Source: Diplonema japonicum (taxonomy: Eukaryota; Protista; Euglenozoa: Diplonemea). From it: a stretch of 64,000 bases of DNA. Each line of letters opens with the position of its first letter. Within the stretch, counting starts at the first letter, position 1. The stretch covers positions 338,772-402,771 of the forward strand of contig OZ025738.1 of NCBI GenBank assembly GCA_964019335.1, in the 5' to 3' direction. This document shows, one piece after another, positions 21,153 through 33,799 of this stretch. Under the pieces are notes generated by a model. The model did no database searches, was not told the origin of the DNA, and worked only from the letters and a program-made list of their open reading frames with translations. The translations under genes were made by a program, and so were the position numbers.

Positions 21153-21885
21153 TTATTTTTTTTGTTTCCCTCTCCCCTCCGTTCTCCTGGTTTTCATTTT
21201 TTTAAAAATATTTTTAGTGGTTTTGGAAAAAAAAAAAGAAAAGAAAAAAAGAAAAGAAGAATGACTTTGGTTGCTTCATAAACCGCCTGACGTACGAGCA
21301 ACTTCTTTACCGCGCTAGCGGATGAGGGAAGGGTGGACTGCGTTCTGGTAGGTTGTTGTGCCCTGTAGTCAGGCACGAAAGGGTCGGACCACTCTTTTCT
21401 CTGTGCAGTCGGTACAGCGCATTGTCTTTCAAGTATTTCGCACGTTCTGTTGGATGCAAATTTCGGCCTTCCGGTGTACCCCTTCGATCGCTTGGGTGCA
21501 CCTATCGATCGTAACGCCACGGATTCTGTTATTTCCCTGGGCAAAAAAAAAAAAAAAAAAAAAAGATATAAAGGGCCCCCCCGAATAATCCCTTTATTTG
21601 GGCAGTGGAGGGGGGGTGTTTGAGCTCCAAAAAAAAAGAATTATTTGGAATACACTTATTTGGGTTGTACTTATTTGGGCTGGGGGGCCTGCCACATGGA
21701 AAGCAGGGAGCGGGGTTTAGAGCACTTCGGAAATCTTAACATGCCAAATCGTGCCAAGACTTTTTTCATGCCCTTTTTTTTTTCCAAGGGAAATTTTAAC
21801 AGTTTTTCTCCCAGGCTGTGGAGAACCCACAAACGTTGCAGACAAACCGCCTGGTTTTGGCGTTAGGTGGTTGCTGGGAGGTTGC
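21103..21885. repeat. ~780 bp duplicated segment (UBL-TPR 5' end plus upstream DNA); second copy at ~25843-26624
   Basis: Near-identical sequence from ccagatatctgaagg to gggaggttgc at both loci. Confidence 0.92.
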
Positions 21886-21895
21886 TGAAATGATT

Positions 21896-22968
21896 TTAAC
21901 CATCTACCAACAGACCATTTTTGCCCACCAGGGGGTAAATTTTCAAAACTTCAAAAAAAGCTATTCTAGCGCAACGCCGGGGCTATATGCCCCCGGAAAT
22001 GCCTCCAGATGTCCCAATTCTGCCCACAGCAGGGCCCACCCCCACAACATTGTCAAAAATATCGTTCCTGAAGTGCCCGAGAGGGGGTACAAAAAACAAG
22101 TCAAAAAAATCGACTGTAAAATTCTATAAAAAGCTATTCAAGGCCTTCTTGACGCGGTTCGTACGTGCCCCAGGGCTGGGGGACTTCTTTTTTGACCCCG
22201 AGAGGGGTTTCTGGGGGTATCCCCGGCAAGGTGGCAGTCTTTGAAGTACGGAGTCACGCAAAGTTGTACCAAGCAGGCTGAACACTGAAATAGGGGTCTT
22301 TTCGACTTGCAATGCTTGCACCGCACGTTGCACTACTTTTTCGGGGAAATGGTCCCAGAAGGTACTGTCACGGCGCATTGGGGTCTCAGAGCACTCGTTC
22401 TGTGTTTCGGGGCATGGTATTGGGGCAGCCTGCTCTGTAGTTGACTTTATCTGTTGTTTAGACTGCCTCCCTAGTAGCCCTTCGATGACTGCCTCTTTGA
22501 AAGGCGTGAATCCACTGTCGTTCATACTCAGGGTGTTGGGGGGCAAGGCTTCTTTCCAAACAAGCCAAGCATTCGCCAGAGATTTACCTAACAAGTACGA
22601 AAATACTTTTAGGGGCCACTTTTAAGTCATAAGGGTGCGTTTATGGCGTTTTGTCACAGCATCACCCAGCGTCGGTTCCGCCCATTGCGGTGTTGTAAAT
22701 ATGCACTTGGTGGGGAACAAGATGTCCTTTCCGGCTTCATTCTCTTTTGGCGGACGGTCAAATTTGACTTCACTGGAACATCCAACGTCGATAGAAAGCA
22801 CACAGGCTTGATGTCATGCCATGTTGTGGTGCAAAGGATGCTCGTCTGCTGGTGGAACTGTGTCCCCACGGGATGCGCGTCCTTGGGCTTGCGGCCTCGC
22901 TTCTTTGGGGCGTCCATGATCTCCGGGAGGCCTTTGCGATAGGTAGAAGTCTGCCTCAGGGGCAGCAA
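21896..22968 (-). mobile_element. piggyBac transposon relic (C-terminal transposase, Cys-rich domain and one end)
   Basis: 'WHDIKPVCFLST', frameshifted 'YNTAMGGTD', 'KWPLKVFSYLLGKSLANAWLVW', Cys-rich 'RCKHC…FQCSACLVQLC'; terminus TTAA|CCATCTACC at 21896. Confidence 0.8.
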
Positions 22969-24301
22969 GGGAGGACAAAGGTGCAGAAAGGGAACCCTGG
23001 GGGGTTTCTTCGCGCGGTTGCCGTTTGCAGCCCAGGCCAGTAGTTAGGTGGTAGTGGACCAGGCCCCCCTGACGGCCTTACCTAAAAAAAATTCCCGGAC
23101 GGAAAAACTCCCGGACGCCATATTTAACTTGATATAGATTTCAGTTCAAGGCTGAACTCGAGAGGAAGGAAACGCTTTTGACGGCGTAGCTTGGGAGGAA
23201 AGAAAGTGAGCAGCTCACCCTAAAGTCCAACAACGACAAAAGGAGCGCCACTCGTGAAACTATTAAAACCATGATGTGGGAAGGAAGTGAGAGGGTGGGG
23301 ATGAAACTACGGGGGTGCCGGGATGGTCAGGACTTACTTTACTTTACAAGGTCAGGACTTCCAATACCATGTGGTCTTCTCACCCCTGCTTTCTGAAAAT
23401 CTTTTTTTGATACCCAAAGGGGGGGGGGGGGGGGGGGGGAGAAGGAGGAAGCTGAGATGTTATATTAAAAGAAGGAGAAGAAAGATAAACAATTGTTTTT
23501 TTTTTTTCCCTTCTTTTTTTTTTTATTTATTTTCTGGATTCCCTCTAAAGGAATTTTGGCTAGAGCCGGGAAAAAAAAAGCTTTCCATATTTCCCAAGGG
23601 AAAATAAAGCACTTTATTTTTTCATTTTGAAAGAAAAAAAATTCGCTGGCTGTTTAACACTTTACACTTTTTTTTTTTTTTTTTTTTTTTTTTTGGCTAC
23701 TAAGGGTGCCGGACCTCAGTATCCTTTCCCCCCATAATTTTTTTTCTTAATTATACGTTATCGGGGGTGGGGGAATGTTTGTCTGTTTGTTTTGTTTGGG
23801 GAGAGGGGGGCTTTTTTTTTTCACACTGCTGCATCTGATTGGTCAGGTGCTGTGGTAGGTTCTCTGTTTCCGCGAGAAACAGGATGGTACACTCTCTATT
23901 TGGGGATCAGGGATGGGATCTCGGGATTCTGATTTAATGACAAGTGCCTCAGCCGCCTTCTGATCGGCATGCTACTTCAGCAGGTTAGATGGTTGTGGAG
24001 TTGTTGCGGGGGGGGGGGGGGGGGGGGGCAGGTCCCCGGTGTCTTCGAGGTATTGGATTGCTTTCCGTTGGTTTTTCCACAAAGATGTTTCTCAGCGCCA
24101 GGGTGTTCTTTTTTCTTCTTTTTTTCCCCTCTTTTTTTCTTCTTCTTCTAAACACCCACTTTTCTTTTTTTTCTTTTTAAATTCAAGTCGACAGTTTCTA
24201 GTTTTACGCACCCCTCCAAGAAGCCATCACCAATGGAAGAAAGATTGGTCAACGTATTCAAGTCGATAGTTTCTAGTTTTTCGCACCCAAACAAGAAGCG
24301 A

Positions 24302-25345
24302 TCACAAGTTGATGGTTTCTAGTTTTTTGCACCCAGACAAGAAGCGATCACCAATGGAAGAAAGATTGGTCATCGCATTCAAGTTTATGGTTTCTAGTTT
24401 TTTGCACCTAAACAAGAAGCGATCACCAATGGAAGAAAGATTGGTCAACGCATTCAAGTTGATGGTTTCTAGTTTTACGCACCCTTCCAAGAAGCTATCA
24501 CCAATAGAAGAAAGATTGGTCATCGCATTCAAGTCGATGGTTTCTAGTTTCACGCACCCAGACAAGAAGCAATCACCAATGGAAGAAAGATTGGTCATCG
24601 CATTCAAGTTGATGGTTTCTAGTTTTTTGCACCCTTCCAAGAAGTAATCACCAATAGAAGAAAGATTGGTCATCGCATTCAAGTCGATGGTTTCTAGTTT
24701 TACGCACCCATAAAAGAAGAAATCACCAATAGAAGAAAGGTTGGTCATCGCATTCAAGTTGATGGTTTCTAGATTTTTGCACTCATATAAAAGATTTTCA
24801 TCAATGGTGGAAACATTGGGGAGGATGAGATCAACAGACGTCAGGTGGTCGCACTCTTCAAGAAACCCAGAGCCTATCCTTGTAACACAGCCTGTGGAGT
24901 CGGTGACAACGAGGAACCGAAGTCCGGAAGGAAGGACCGTCGTCTTCATGGACAAGACTTCGACAGCTGGCGAGTTCCCCACCTCCACCACCAGAACCAG
25001 CTCAGGGTCAGCTCTCACAAGCTCCTCAAGCTCTGAAACCACTTCTGAGCTCTCAAGCTCCTCCAGCTGAACGGTTCTCATCTTCTTCGCCTCCACATGG
25101 ACCACGCTGCCCTCCACGAGCCCGAGTTCCTGGATATCTTCACCCCCGTTCCTGTCCAGGACCTCTCCCTCCCAAACCAGTTCGAACTTGCCTTCGAGTA
25201 AACCAGCAGCACACCCCGCCTTCTTGTACAGGCTCCCCACCGTCTCCTTCCCCGACACTTCCACATCGTGAACCCCGCCTCCCGTCTTCACGAACACTGT
25301 CATATCGTTCACCTCTTCACCTGATCCCTCTCTCTTTCCATTCAT
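24302..25345 (-). CDS. UBL + LRR protein, C-terminally truncated; degenerate LRR remnants continue to ~24180
   Basis: 347-aa ORF with the family N-terminus and ~7 LRRs; ends mid-repeat without the cap motif. Confidence 0.75.
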   Translation of the reverse strand: MNGKREGSGEEVNDMTVFVKTGGGVHDVEVSGKETVGSLYKKAGCAAGLLEGKFELVWEGEVLDRNGGEDIQELGLVEGSVVHVEAKKMRTVQLEELESSEVVSELEELVRADPELVLVVEVGNSPAVEVLSMKTTVLPSGLRFLVVTDSTGCVTRIGSGFLEECDHLTSVDLILPNVSTIDENLLYECKNLETINLNAMTNLSSIGDFFFYGCVKLETIDLNAMTNLSSIGDYFLEGCKKLETINLNAMTNLSSIGDCFLSGCVKLETIDLNAMTNLSSIGDSFLEGCVKLETINLNALTNLSSIGDRFLFRCKKLETINLNAMTNLSSIGDRFLSGCKKLETINL

Positions 25346-25500
25346 GTTCTTTTGGGTTCGTTTTTTATTCTTTTTTCTAATGTATTTTTCCTGTGTGCTT
25401 TGTCTCGAAGGCTGCAGGAGTCAAATGAAGAAGAAGAACCTCTAGAAAATAAAAAAACCTACTGTGAAACGAACATCTTCAAGAAAAAGGTGACGAATAA

Positions 25501-25842
25501 CTATTTATTAAATGGGCTCGACCTCTGTGCTTTCATGACCCTTGTCGCTTCGTCTGGGTTGTTCCAGACCACCCTTCCTCTCTCCGCGATCCAGTCATTG
25601 ATTTTTGTGCCGCCTGCGTCCTTTGTCATGTGTGCACTCCACGTTTTGTGGTGCAGGTTTATGTCTCCTACCGTTAGGACGTTATCGCCGTCATGCAGGT
25701 CTTCTGCGGTGAAATCCTCTGTGCGGGTGTCGTCCCCTCCGTTGAGTGGTGGGCGGTAGAGGTTCACAATGTGGATGTCCGGTCCGTTCTTCTGGCTGAT
25801 TAATACGGATATCTTTTCCGTCACTCTCTTGGTGTAAGTGTC
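25501..25842 (-). mobile_element. APE-type endonuclease fragment of a non-LTR retrotransposon, fused in frame to the duplicated UBL-TPR start
   Basis: 'IVNLYRPP', 'LTVGDINLHHKTWS', 'GTKINDWI…WNNPDEATR' are canonical LINE endonuclease motifs. Confidence 0.8.
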
Positions 25843-26304
25843 GCCAGATATCTGAAGGGAAACAGAGGTCACCTTGCGCTTTCGTTCCGCCATTTATTTT
25901 TTTTGTTTCCCTCTCCCCTCCGTTCTCCTGGTTTTCATTTTTTTAAAAATATTTTTGGTGGTTTTGGAAAAAAAAAAAGAAAAGAAAAAAAGAAAAGAAG
26001 AATGACTTTGGTTGCTTCATAAACCGCCTGACGTACGAGCAACTTCTTTACCGCGCTAGCGGATGAGGGAAGGGTGGACTGCGTTCTGGTAGGTTGTTGT
26101 GCCCTGTAGTCAGGCACGAAAGGGTCGGACCACTCTTTTCTCTGTGCAGTCGGTACAGCGCATTGTCTTTCAAGTATTTCGCACGTTCTGTTGGATGCAA
26201 ATTTCGGCCTTCCGGTGTACCCCTTCGATCGCTTGGGTGCACCTATCGATCGTAACGCCACGGATTCTGTTATTTCCCTGGGCAAAAAAAAAAAAAAAAA
26301 AAAG

Positions 26305-27478
26305 ATATAAAGGGCCCCCCCGAATAATCCCTTTATTTGGGCAGTGGAGGGGGGGTGTTTGAGCTCCAAAAAAAAAGAATTATTTGGAATACACTTATTT
26401 GGGTTGTACTTATTTGGGCTAGGGAGCCTGCCACATGGAAAGCAGGGAGCGGGGCTTAGAGCACTTCGGAAATCTTAACATGCCAAATCGTGCCAAGACT
26501 TTTTTCATGCCCTTTTTTTTTTCCAAGGGAAATTTTAACAGTTTTTCTCCCAGGCTGTGGAGAACCCACAAACGTTGCAGACAAACCGCCTGGTTTTGGC
26601 GTTAGGTGGTTGCTGGGAGGTTGCAGGGGTCTGAGAGGCTTGAGAAACTGTCGGGGCTTGAGAAGCTTCAAGGGCTTGGGAGGCTGCTGGAGTCTCGTCA
26701 GGTGCAGTGTCCATTGTAACACCCGCAACTACATTCTGTGCTGCACTGTCTAAAGCCCGACCCCTTCAAAGTGCTTACTTCGCTAAGCGCCCTTAGCTGT
26801 ATGGTCTCCTCGGAACTACCTGGAAGGTAGCCGCAGGACCGCATACAGCTAAAGGTGCCGAGCAGTTGCATGACCTCTTACTTGCGTAAGCAGCCTCACA
26901 ATACCGCCAGTGGGCTACGGCACAGCTTTGGGATCTTGCTCAGGAATGGAATATTGACATTGCGGGCCATGAAAGAAGCAAATACCGGATAAGCTGTCAA
27001 CACATGAATCCACGTGCCCTTCCGGCAACGCAGAAGCACCCGGGCCACCCACAAAGCGCCTTCGAACTCAGTAGTTCCGTGAAATTTTGAACCGTTCATC
27101 ACGAACCATCTAGCTTCTTGCGTTAGAAAAATAGTCCCCACAATACCCCCAGGTGCTAAGCCCCGTGGCCCCTGTTCAAAATGCAAAAGAATTGCTTGTA
27201 AGTGCCCAAAAAGTGCCCAAAACCAGGCGGAAATCGACTTTTTGGTCAAAAAAGGGGTGTATACATGGGTTAGGTCGGCTAGTACCCTGCACAGGCATAA
27301 CTGAGAAAAGCCCGTTGCACGACTACCATGTGACCCCCCCACCCCGGTCCCCCCAAAAAAAAAAGAAAGGGGGTCGGGAATTATTTGGGAAATTTGGAGC
27401 GGAAAAATCCCCGAAAAAAAAAAGAATTATTTGGGAAAAAACACATTATTTGGGAGGGAATTATTCCCCCCTTTATAT
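26305..27478. mobile_element. Putative non-autonomous TIR element
   Basis: ATATAAAGGG…GAATAAT at the left and ATTATTC…CCCTTTATAT at the right, with repeated TTATTTGG subterminal motifs near both ends. Confidence 0.4.
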
Positions 27479-27693
27479 GGTCACCTCTCTGCTATTTGTC
27501 ACAAAGTACTGCCCGCAAATTTCATATTTCTTTAAGTGTAAAAATCAAAAGCCATGCCTGGATTAGCTCCAGAAGTGGAATAAAATTTCGAATAAGAAAA
27601 TCATGGCTAGGTGCTGTTTAAACCCAGCGAAAATTAAGCAGGATTTACACTACTTTTCCCCTTAATTCCATGTCGAAGTTGTGCGAACTGTGT

Positions 27694-27873
27694 TCATGCG
27701 CCACGAGAACCGGTACCTTGTTGCCAGCTTCCCTCAGGCCATGAGCTCTGCGTGAAGGTAGACCCGGTTCGTGTCTTGCCCTTCCCGCAGTACTTGCATT
27801 TGAACGGGCCTTTAGGTTTGCTCGGCCGTTTCTTGGCTCTGGGCTTCTTGGGACAATGTCCTTCGTGCCAGCG

Positions 27874-27876
<3 letters not shown>
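27694..27876 (-). pseudogene. Orphan zinc-finger-like fragment homologous to the C-terminus of the 9887-12173 gene
   Basis: 'MRWHEGHCPKKP…CKYCG' versus 'MRWHERHCRNKP…CVKCG'. Confidence 0.5.
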
Positions 27877-27913
<37 letters not shown>

Positions 27914-28085
27914 TAACTCGTAAATGAGTCGCATTGTTGCTCTTGGGACGCCTCTAAGACCTGTGCCCTCACACGTATGTAGGGGTTCCCCTGCTGCTTC
28001 GTTTCCCACAGGCTTTTGTGGCTATTGTCTCCTATTTTTGCTTATTGAATCCCCCAAGGCACCACCCCCAGGGTCTTCTTTTTTT

Positions 28086-28117
<32 letters not shown>

Positions 28118-28332
28118 CCAACAGAAGGGGGTGGGGGGAGGGGGAGTAAATCAATCTTGTTCCCTCTTTTCCTTTCACACTGTACTGGGTGGTGTGGTTC
28201 TTCTACCTGACCTTTCGGCTGCCTTGATCGGCTTTGCCATGACACTGCGGCCGGCGGATTTTGTTCGTGTTCTTTTCTTTTTTGTGCTCTATTTGGACGA
28301 TTGTACACACATGTGCAAATTGGCATTTTCGC

Positions 28333-29400
28333 CTAATTTGCCACACGGCATCCCATTGTGGTCTGTATGCTTACCCAAGATGGCACCCTAAGACCATCTT
28401 TAATGTACCTCTCAGAAATATCACTGCCTCCTCTCAAAACGATGGTTTCTAGACTCCCGCAATTATATACAAAGTAATCACCAATAGAAAGAAAGTGCTT
28501 CGAACTTAGGTCGATGGTTTTTAGTTTGCTGCAGAATGAAAAGCAGTACTCTCCTAAGGAATAAAGATTGGTCATTGAACTCAAGTCGATGGCTTTTAGT
28601 TTATAGCAGCCAGACAAGAAGTTACGACCAATGGAAGAAACATTGGTCATCGAACTAAAGTCGAGGGTTTCTAGTTCTTCGTTCGCACACAAGAAGCAAT
28701 GACCAATGGAATTAAGATTGGTCATCCCATTCAAGTCAATTGTTTCTAGTTTTTTGCACCCTAATAAGAAGTAATCACCAACAGAAGAAAGATTGGTCAT
28801 CGCTTTCAAGTCGATGGTTTCTAGATTTTTGCACTCTTTTAAAAAGTCATGATAAATAGTAGAAACATTGGGGAGGATGAGAGAGACAGACGTCAGGTGG
28901 TTGCATTTCCGAAGAAAACCCTCGTCTATACTTGTAACACAGCCTGTGGAGTCGGTGACAACGAGGAACTGAAGTCCAGAAGGAAGGTCACTGCTGCTCA
29001 TGGACAAGACTTCGACAGCTGGAGAGTCCCCCACCTCCACCACCAGAACAAGCTCAGGGTCAGCTGACACAAGACCCTCAAGCTCAGAAAGTACTTCTGA
29101 GTTCTTGTCCTTCAGCTCTTCCAAATGAACTGTTTTCTTGTTCTCCTCCACATGGACCATGGAGCCCTCCACGAGGGCAAGTTGCTGAAGCTCTTCACCC
29201 CCTTTCATGTCAAGGACCTCACCCTCCCAAACCAGTTTGAACCTGCCTTCGAGTAAACCAGCAGCACACCCCGCCTTCTTGTACAGGCTCCCCACTGTCT
29301 CCTTCCCCGACACTTCCACATCGTGAACCCCGCCTCCCGTCTTCACGAACACTGTCATATCGTTCACCCCTTCATCTGATCTCTTTCTCTTTCTGTTCAT
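28333..29400 (-). CDS. UBL + LRR protein
   Basis: Start MNRKRKR at 29400; family UBL, ~7 LRRs and cap 'LETIVLRGGSD'. Confidence 0.88.
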   Translation of the reverse strand: MNRKRKRSDEGVNDMTVFVKTGGGVHDVEVSGKETVGSLYKKAGCAAGLLEGRFKLVWEGEVLDMKGGEELQQLALVEGSMVHVEENKKTVHLEELKDKNSEVLSELEGLVSADPELVLVVEVGDSPAVEVLSMSSSDLPSGLQFLVVTDSTGCVTSIDEGFLRKCNHLTSVSLILPNVSTIYHDFLKECKNLETIDLKAMTNLSSVGDYFLLGCKKLETIDLNGMTNLNSIGHCFLCANEELETLDFSSMTNVSSIGRNFLSGCYKLKAIDLSSMTNLYSLGEYCFSFCSKLKTIDLSSKHFLSIGDYFVYNCGSLETIVLRGGSDISERYIKDGLRVPSWVSIQTTMGCRVAN

Positions 29401-29607
29401 GTTCTTTTTTTTTCGTTCTTTTCCCCCCAAACACTTCTTGTTTTGTTTTTATTTTCCCTGTGTGCTTGTCGTGAAGGCTTCAGAAAAAGTAGATCTTGTA
29501 TACCACAAACGTGACTTTGATTTTAGTGGGGCCTGTCCTATCAGGCCAAAAATAATAAAAATAGTTTTTTGTATTGTTCTGTAAAAAGTCCCAAGTATGG
29601 TCCAAAA

Positions 29608-30242
29608 GGTTGCCACGAATCTATGAGGATCTGGCACTACCTACGGGTAGCTCGCGACGAGGAAGGCAAATGGTCTAAGGATCTACTTCCGACGCTGCAC
29701 AGTTACATGCTACGGCTTGTCTCTGCTGGAGGAGGCCGCGAGGACACTTGGTCGGCATCGCTGTGAAAGCCCCGAGGAGCAGAGCCGGTTCATTTTTTCA
29801 TAGCGCATTTTGCGTTAAGAAGCGAAAGCCTGGATAGCTGCGCTTCATCCTCGCCTGCACAGGCCTGAACAAGAGTCTGAGCCACTTACCCTTGCCGCCA
29901 TGTAACTTCCCCTCCTATCGTGAGATAGTCGAGACATGTTCCGAGGAGCCTACTTCATCGAGCACGATTTCAAATCATGGTTTTTCCAGTTTGAGCTGCA
30001 CAGGGAATCGCGGCCTTTCTTCTCGTTCAGAGCGGATGGGAATATCTTGCAGAGGCTTGCAATAGGATACCGAGCCGCACCGCAGCTGGGTCAAGCCGTC
30101 GCCAGATGTGTAGCTAACGAGTCTGTGAGAAATTCATCCGTCCTGGCTGTCGTCTGGCTGGACAACATCGTGCTCATTGACAAGGACCTGGATACGTTGA
30201 AGGAGGCTTCGCTCAGGTTCGAAGCTCTGTGCCGGAGGTACC
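29608..30242 (+). mobile_element. Reverse transcriptase fragment of a VIPER/TATE/Ngaro-like tyrosine-recombinase retroelement
   Basis: 'AFCVKK…LRFIL', 'HDFKSWFFQF', 'LAIGYRAAP', 'VWLDNIV' (xxDN variant of YxDD); contains a stop and a frameshift. Confidence 0.75.
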
Positions 30243-30552
30243 TGAAATGATTTTAAGTTAGAATAGAGAAGCGGAGAAATAGATAAAAAGGGGTGGAAAA
30301 GAATAAATACTGCATACGAAAACAGAGAGTCGAATATAAAGGGAAAAAGGTGACTGACATCCTCAAGAGGAGCCTCCCACATACCAGAATTAAGCAGAGG
30401 TTGCTTCCATGGCCCGTATCAGTCTATCGCCGGAAAGAATGATGAAAATAACGGAACGAAGTGAAGAAGGAAAAGAGAAAAGACGGCCTGGTCGCCAGGA
30501 AGTGCTGGTTCAGACGCGTCGGCGGACGCAGTTTAACGTCATACCCGGGACC
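30242..30552 (-). repeat. Dispersed repeat 'X' (~310 bp), with other copies at ~38296-38398, 38711-38987 (and their tandem duplicates), 55915-56263 and 56360-56452
   Basis: Shared ctgaaatga…aaatactgcatacgaaaacag…gactgacatcctcaagaggagcctcccac…cagacgcgt. Confidence 0.85.
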
Positions 30553-30734
30553 GAAAACATGTAGGAAAAGGAAAAAGCAGAAAGGGTAATAACAAGTTTA
30601 AAATTGGAAAGAAAATGGAAAGGGTGGAAACTAAATAATAGGGTGCGAGGTCTGTGAAACCTTGCATCGCCTATCGCCCTCGTAGCACGCCGGGCCGGCA
30701 CTCCTACATTGTGTAGGGTTGTTTCCGATTGTTC

Positions 30735-33700
30735 CTAGTTGTAGGAATGCAGGACAGTCGACCACTGCGACTCGTTGTAATAGAGGGTCCCGGCCCCTAC
30801 AAAGTCAGCGAGCAGGGCTGCCACGGTCGAGTAGGACTTGTCCCCGAACCCTTGGGTTTGCAGCAGAAAGCCTTGTTCCTGGCGGGATGCGTAGTGCCAC
30901 GTCGAACCGTGACAGACCAGCAGGCACGGGATCACAACCCGTGTGTCGAGGGGGACCGCGACCAGGGGGGCCTCACCCAAGAAGTGAGTGCACGCCCTGG
31001 ACATGCAATTGGGGTCAAAAGTGGCCTCGCCCCTGGAAAGAAAGCCCAGATACCGAAGCTCATCCAGGTCCTCAGGGCCGTCGACGCCTGCATCCTTGGT
31101 GAGCCTCCGAAGGGCGACGAGCCCAGTGATCCTGGTGTTCGGCCGCGTCGCGGCGAGATCTCGCTTGGCCGCGGGGAGTGCGGGACCGTCCTCGGGCTCC
31201 GGGCGTTTGTTCCTCTGTGCGTTGTAGGTGATCAGGAGAGGGGTCTTCCCCGAAGGTCTAGCTTTATCGCCTCCTGGGGTCTCGGAGCCAAAGAGCGGGT
31301 GCTTCCATCCACCTCGGGCGAAGAACTCCGACCACCAATGTTGCTGCACCGGGGTGTTCAGTCCCGAGTGCCACTCGTGAGACAGCCGGAGACGCTCGGA
31401 CTCAGGCAGTGCGTTGTGCGCAGTCACAAGTAGTTGCTCTTGGTTGGCGACAGTTACTTGTTGGTCAGTTCTGACCGCGTCACGAGCCTCGAGCAGCAGT
31501 TGATGTGGAGGGGTGTCCAGGTGCTTCGGGAGGGACCCGACCGCCAGGATCCGTCTCTGGTGTTCGTCCAAGAGCTCCGGTCGCTGTCGGAAGTAGACCA
31601 AGAGACTGAAGTAGCGGTCCATCCGTCTCTGGAGGAGCCTTCGGTCGAGGGCATCCTGGTCAAGGCCCTGGGACTGTTCGCGCAGGATGAGAAGCCCTTC
31701 GTCGTCGGTGGATGTAGAACTCTTACCACGACGGCTTTCGTGCTCGTATGCAGTGCCGTCGTGCTTCTTCTTACGCGAGGGTTTGTCCGGGGAGTCCTGC
31801 GTGAGGTCGATCACCTCTGGGGCCCTGCTTGTTTGAGGAGGGTCAAGGGGGGGCAAATCCCTCGGTTCGGGCAACGGGCGCCTCCAGGGTCAGTGTTTGG
31901 ACGCCGACCGCCGGTTGGAGTGTCGCGTGTCCCATGCCGGGAGGCATCGGCGTGTCAATCCCGAGCCCGATGTCCTGATGGGCGGACTGGGTGCATACCG
32001 TAAGCTGGGCGGCCCCAGGGACCGTCACTAGGGCTCCAATCGTCTGGTGGATGCCCAGGTGGCCCCCTGCCGAATCGGGCGTCGTCGCCTCGACTCGGAC
32101 TAGAGATGGCTCCGCAGCCGACGTCGATTCCCTCTGGGTGCTGATAACCGGTTGGAGTGTCACGTGTCCCATGCCAGACGGCATCGGTGTGTCAATCCCG
32201 TGCCCGGTGCAGACCGCGAGCTCAGAGGGTGCCACGCTCGTTGATAGCGGCTGGCACGGTGTCAACTGCGGCCCAGCATTCGTCCGCCTCAGCAGAGTCA
32301 CGCGGGGTGTAGAAGCTGCAAGCGATCGCGGTTCTGTAGCCTCCGAAACCGGCCTGGCCGAGGTCGCAGGCGTCCTCAGTTCCATGGACCTTGTGAATAG
32401 CCTGACCTCTAGTGAAACGGGTGTCTGTAGTTCTGCCGACTTCGTGAAAAGCTTGATCGGCGCGGCCATGGGCGTCCTCAATTCCGCGTATATTGGGGAC
32501 AGCTTGCTACTAAGAGGGGATGTCTGGAGGGCTACGGAAGACGAGAACAGCACAGGTGTTGCGGTTGGGTCCGTCTGACAGGCTGCGACTGCTATCTGTG
32601 GCGCAGACTTCCGCAAACTTGCGACCTTCGGGAAAAGTGGGATCGTTCCAACTAAGTCTGTCTGGCTCGCCGCAGATGTGGTGGCGACAGAGCATCCGGT
32701 GTGCACAGCCCGGGCGGCCACAGCGGCAACTAGGGTCACGAAGGTTATGGCGACGGGACGCTCGATGTGAGCGGTGTGTGTAGTCATAGCTGGAGCGGCG
32801 GCTGTCGTGTCAGACCGTCTGACGCGTGTGGCATGTGCAGCTACGGCTGCGGCCTTGGCGACGTAGATAAGGAGGGTGCGGTCATCCGGGGTGTTGACAG
32901 CACCCTCAGCCGTTTCTGGATTCGAGTAGCTTGCCTGCGGTGCCGCCGGGGTGACGACCGGCTCTAACTCGCGGCGCTCTGCCTCGGGGTCAAGAACACG
33001 TGTAATGTGTTTCCTGCCCGGGGCTGTCTCGGCCCACGTCTTGTCTGTGATGCAGAGGATGTTGTGCTCGCAGTAGGTCGTGCAAAGCTGTTGGACACGC
33101 TGGGTTCTTAACTTTTTGTCGGTGTCTTTAACGACGTACCGTCCGTTTGTAAGGAGAGCGATAATCCAGTGGTCGCTGCGACTGCGTTTCAGGGGACCGA
33201 TGATCAGACAAGGGGCTTTCATGCCCGCGCTGAAAGTTACCAGTTTTGCTCCGACTACCATGAGGCAGGCGCGTGACATGGTTGAGCGGGAGAGGATCGG
33301 GCGCTTCTGCATTGTCGGAAGGGTTGACGCTTCGTGCGAAGCCGTGGTACATCTTCTGAATCTCTTGCATTGTAGAGAAGGGGATGCGATCCACCCCGGC
33401 ATACTCTGCCAACCAGTTTATGACGGCCCAACCGCATTCCAGGCCCCAACGACCCTCCCCACTTTTGTTGTGCAGGTTGATGGGGGGCGAAAACACCTGA
33501 TCCGCGGCATCGGATGGTGAGACCACGGAGGCTGCTCGGGGTCCAGCTAAACCTGAAGAGCTATCCGAGGAGCTGCCTGAGGAACTACCCAAGGGCTTGC
33601 CTGAGGGGCCGTCCGTGGAGTCGCCTGAGGAACCGGCCGAGGGGTTGTCCGAGGGGGGCGATGAACGAGGTTTCTTGGGACCTACGTACGTTTGCTCCGG

Positions 33701-33799
33701 CAGCCAGGAAACAACCGGGTCTTTGGCCTTGTATTGTTGAAGGACCTTAGAGAAAAAGGCCCGCAGGTGCTTTCTCTCCGAGGCAAAGAGCCGTTCCAC
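30735..33799 (-). pseudogene. GC-rich, probably element-derived polyprotein in three frameshifted pieces, with two papain/Josephin-like domain copies and an Ala/Thr/Pro-rich linker
   Basis: Overlapping ORFs 33128-33799, 31843-33402 and 30735-31874; C/H/D motifs 'ECGWAVINWL', 'DHWII', 'VKDTD'. Confidence 0.45.

Noticed and set aside
29608-30242. RT plus variable repeats as a diversity-generating retroelement or retron
   Set aside because: RT motifs match YR retroelements, the ORF is broken, and no template/variable repeat pair with adenine-specific changes was seen
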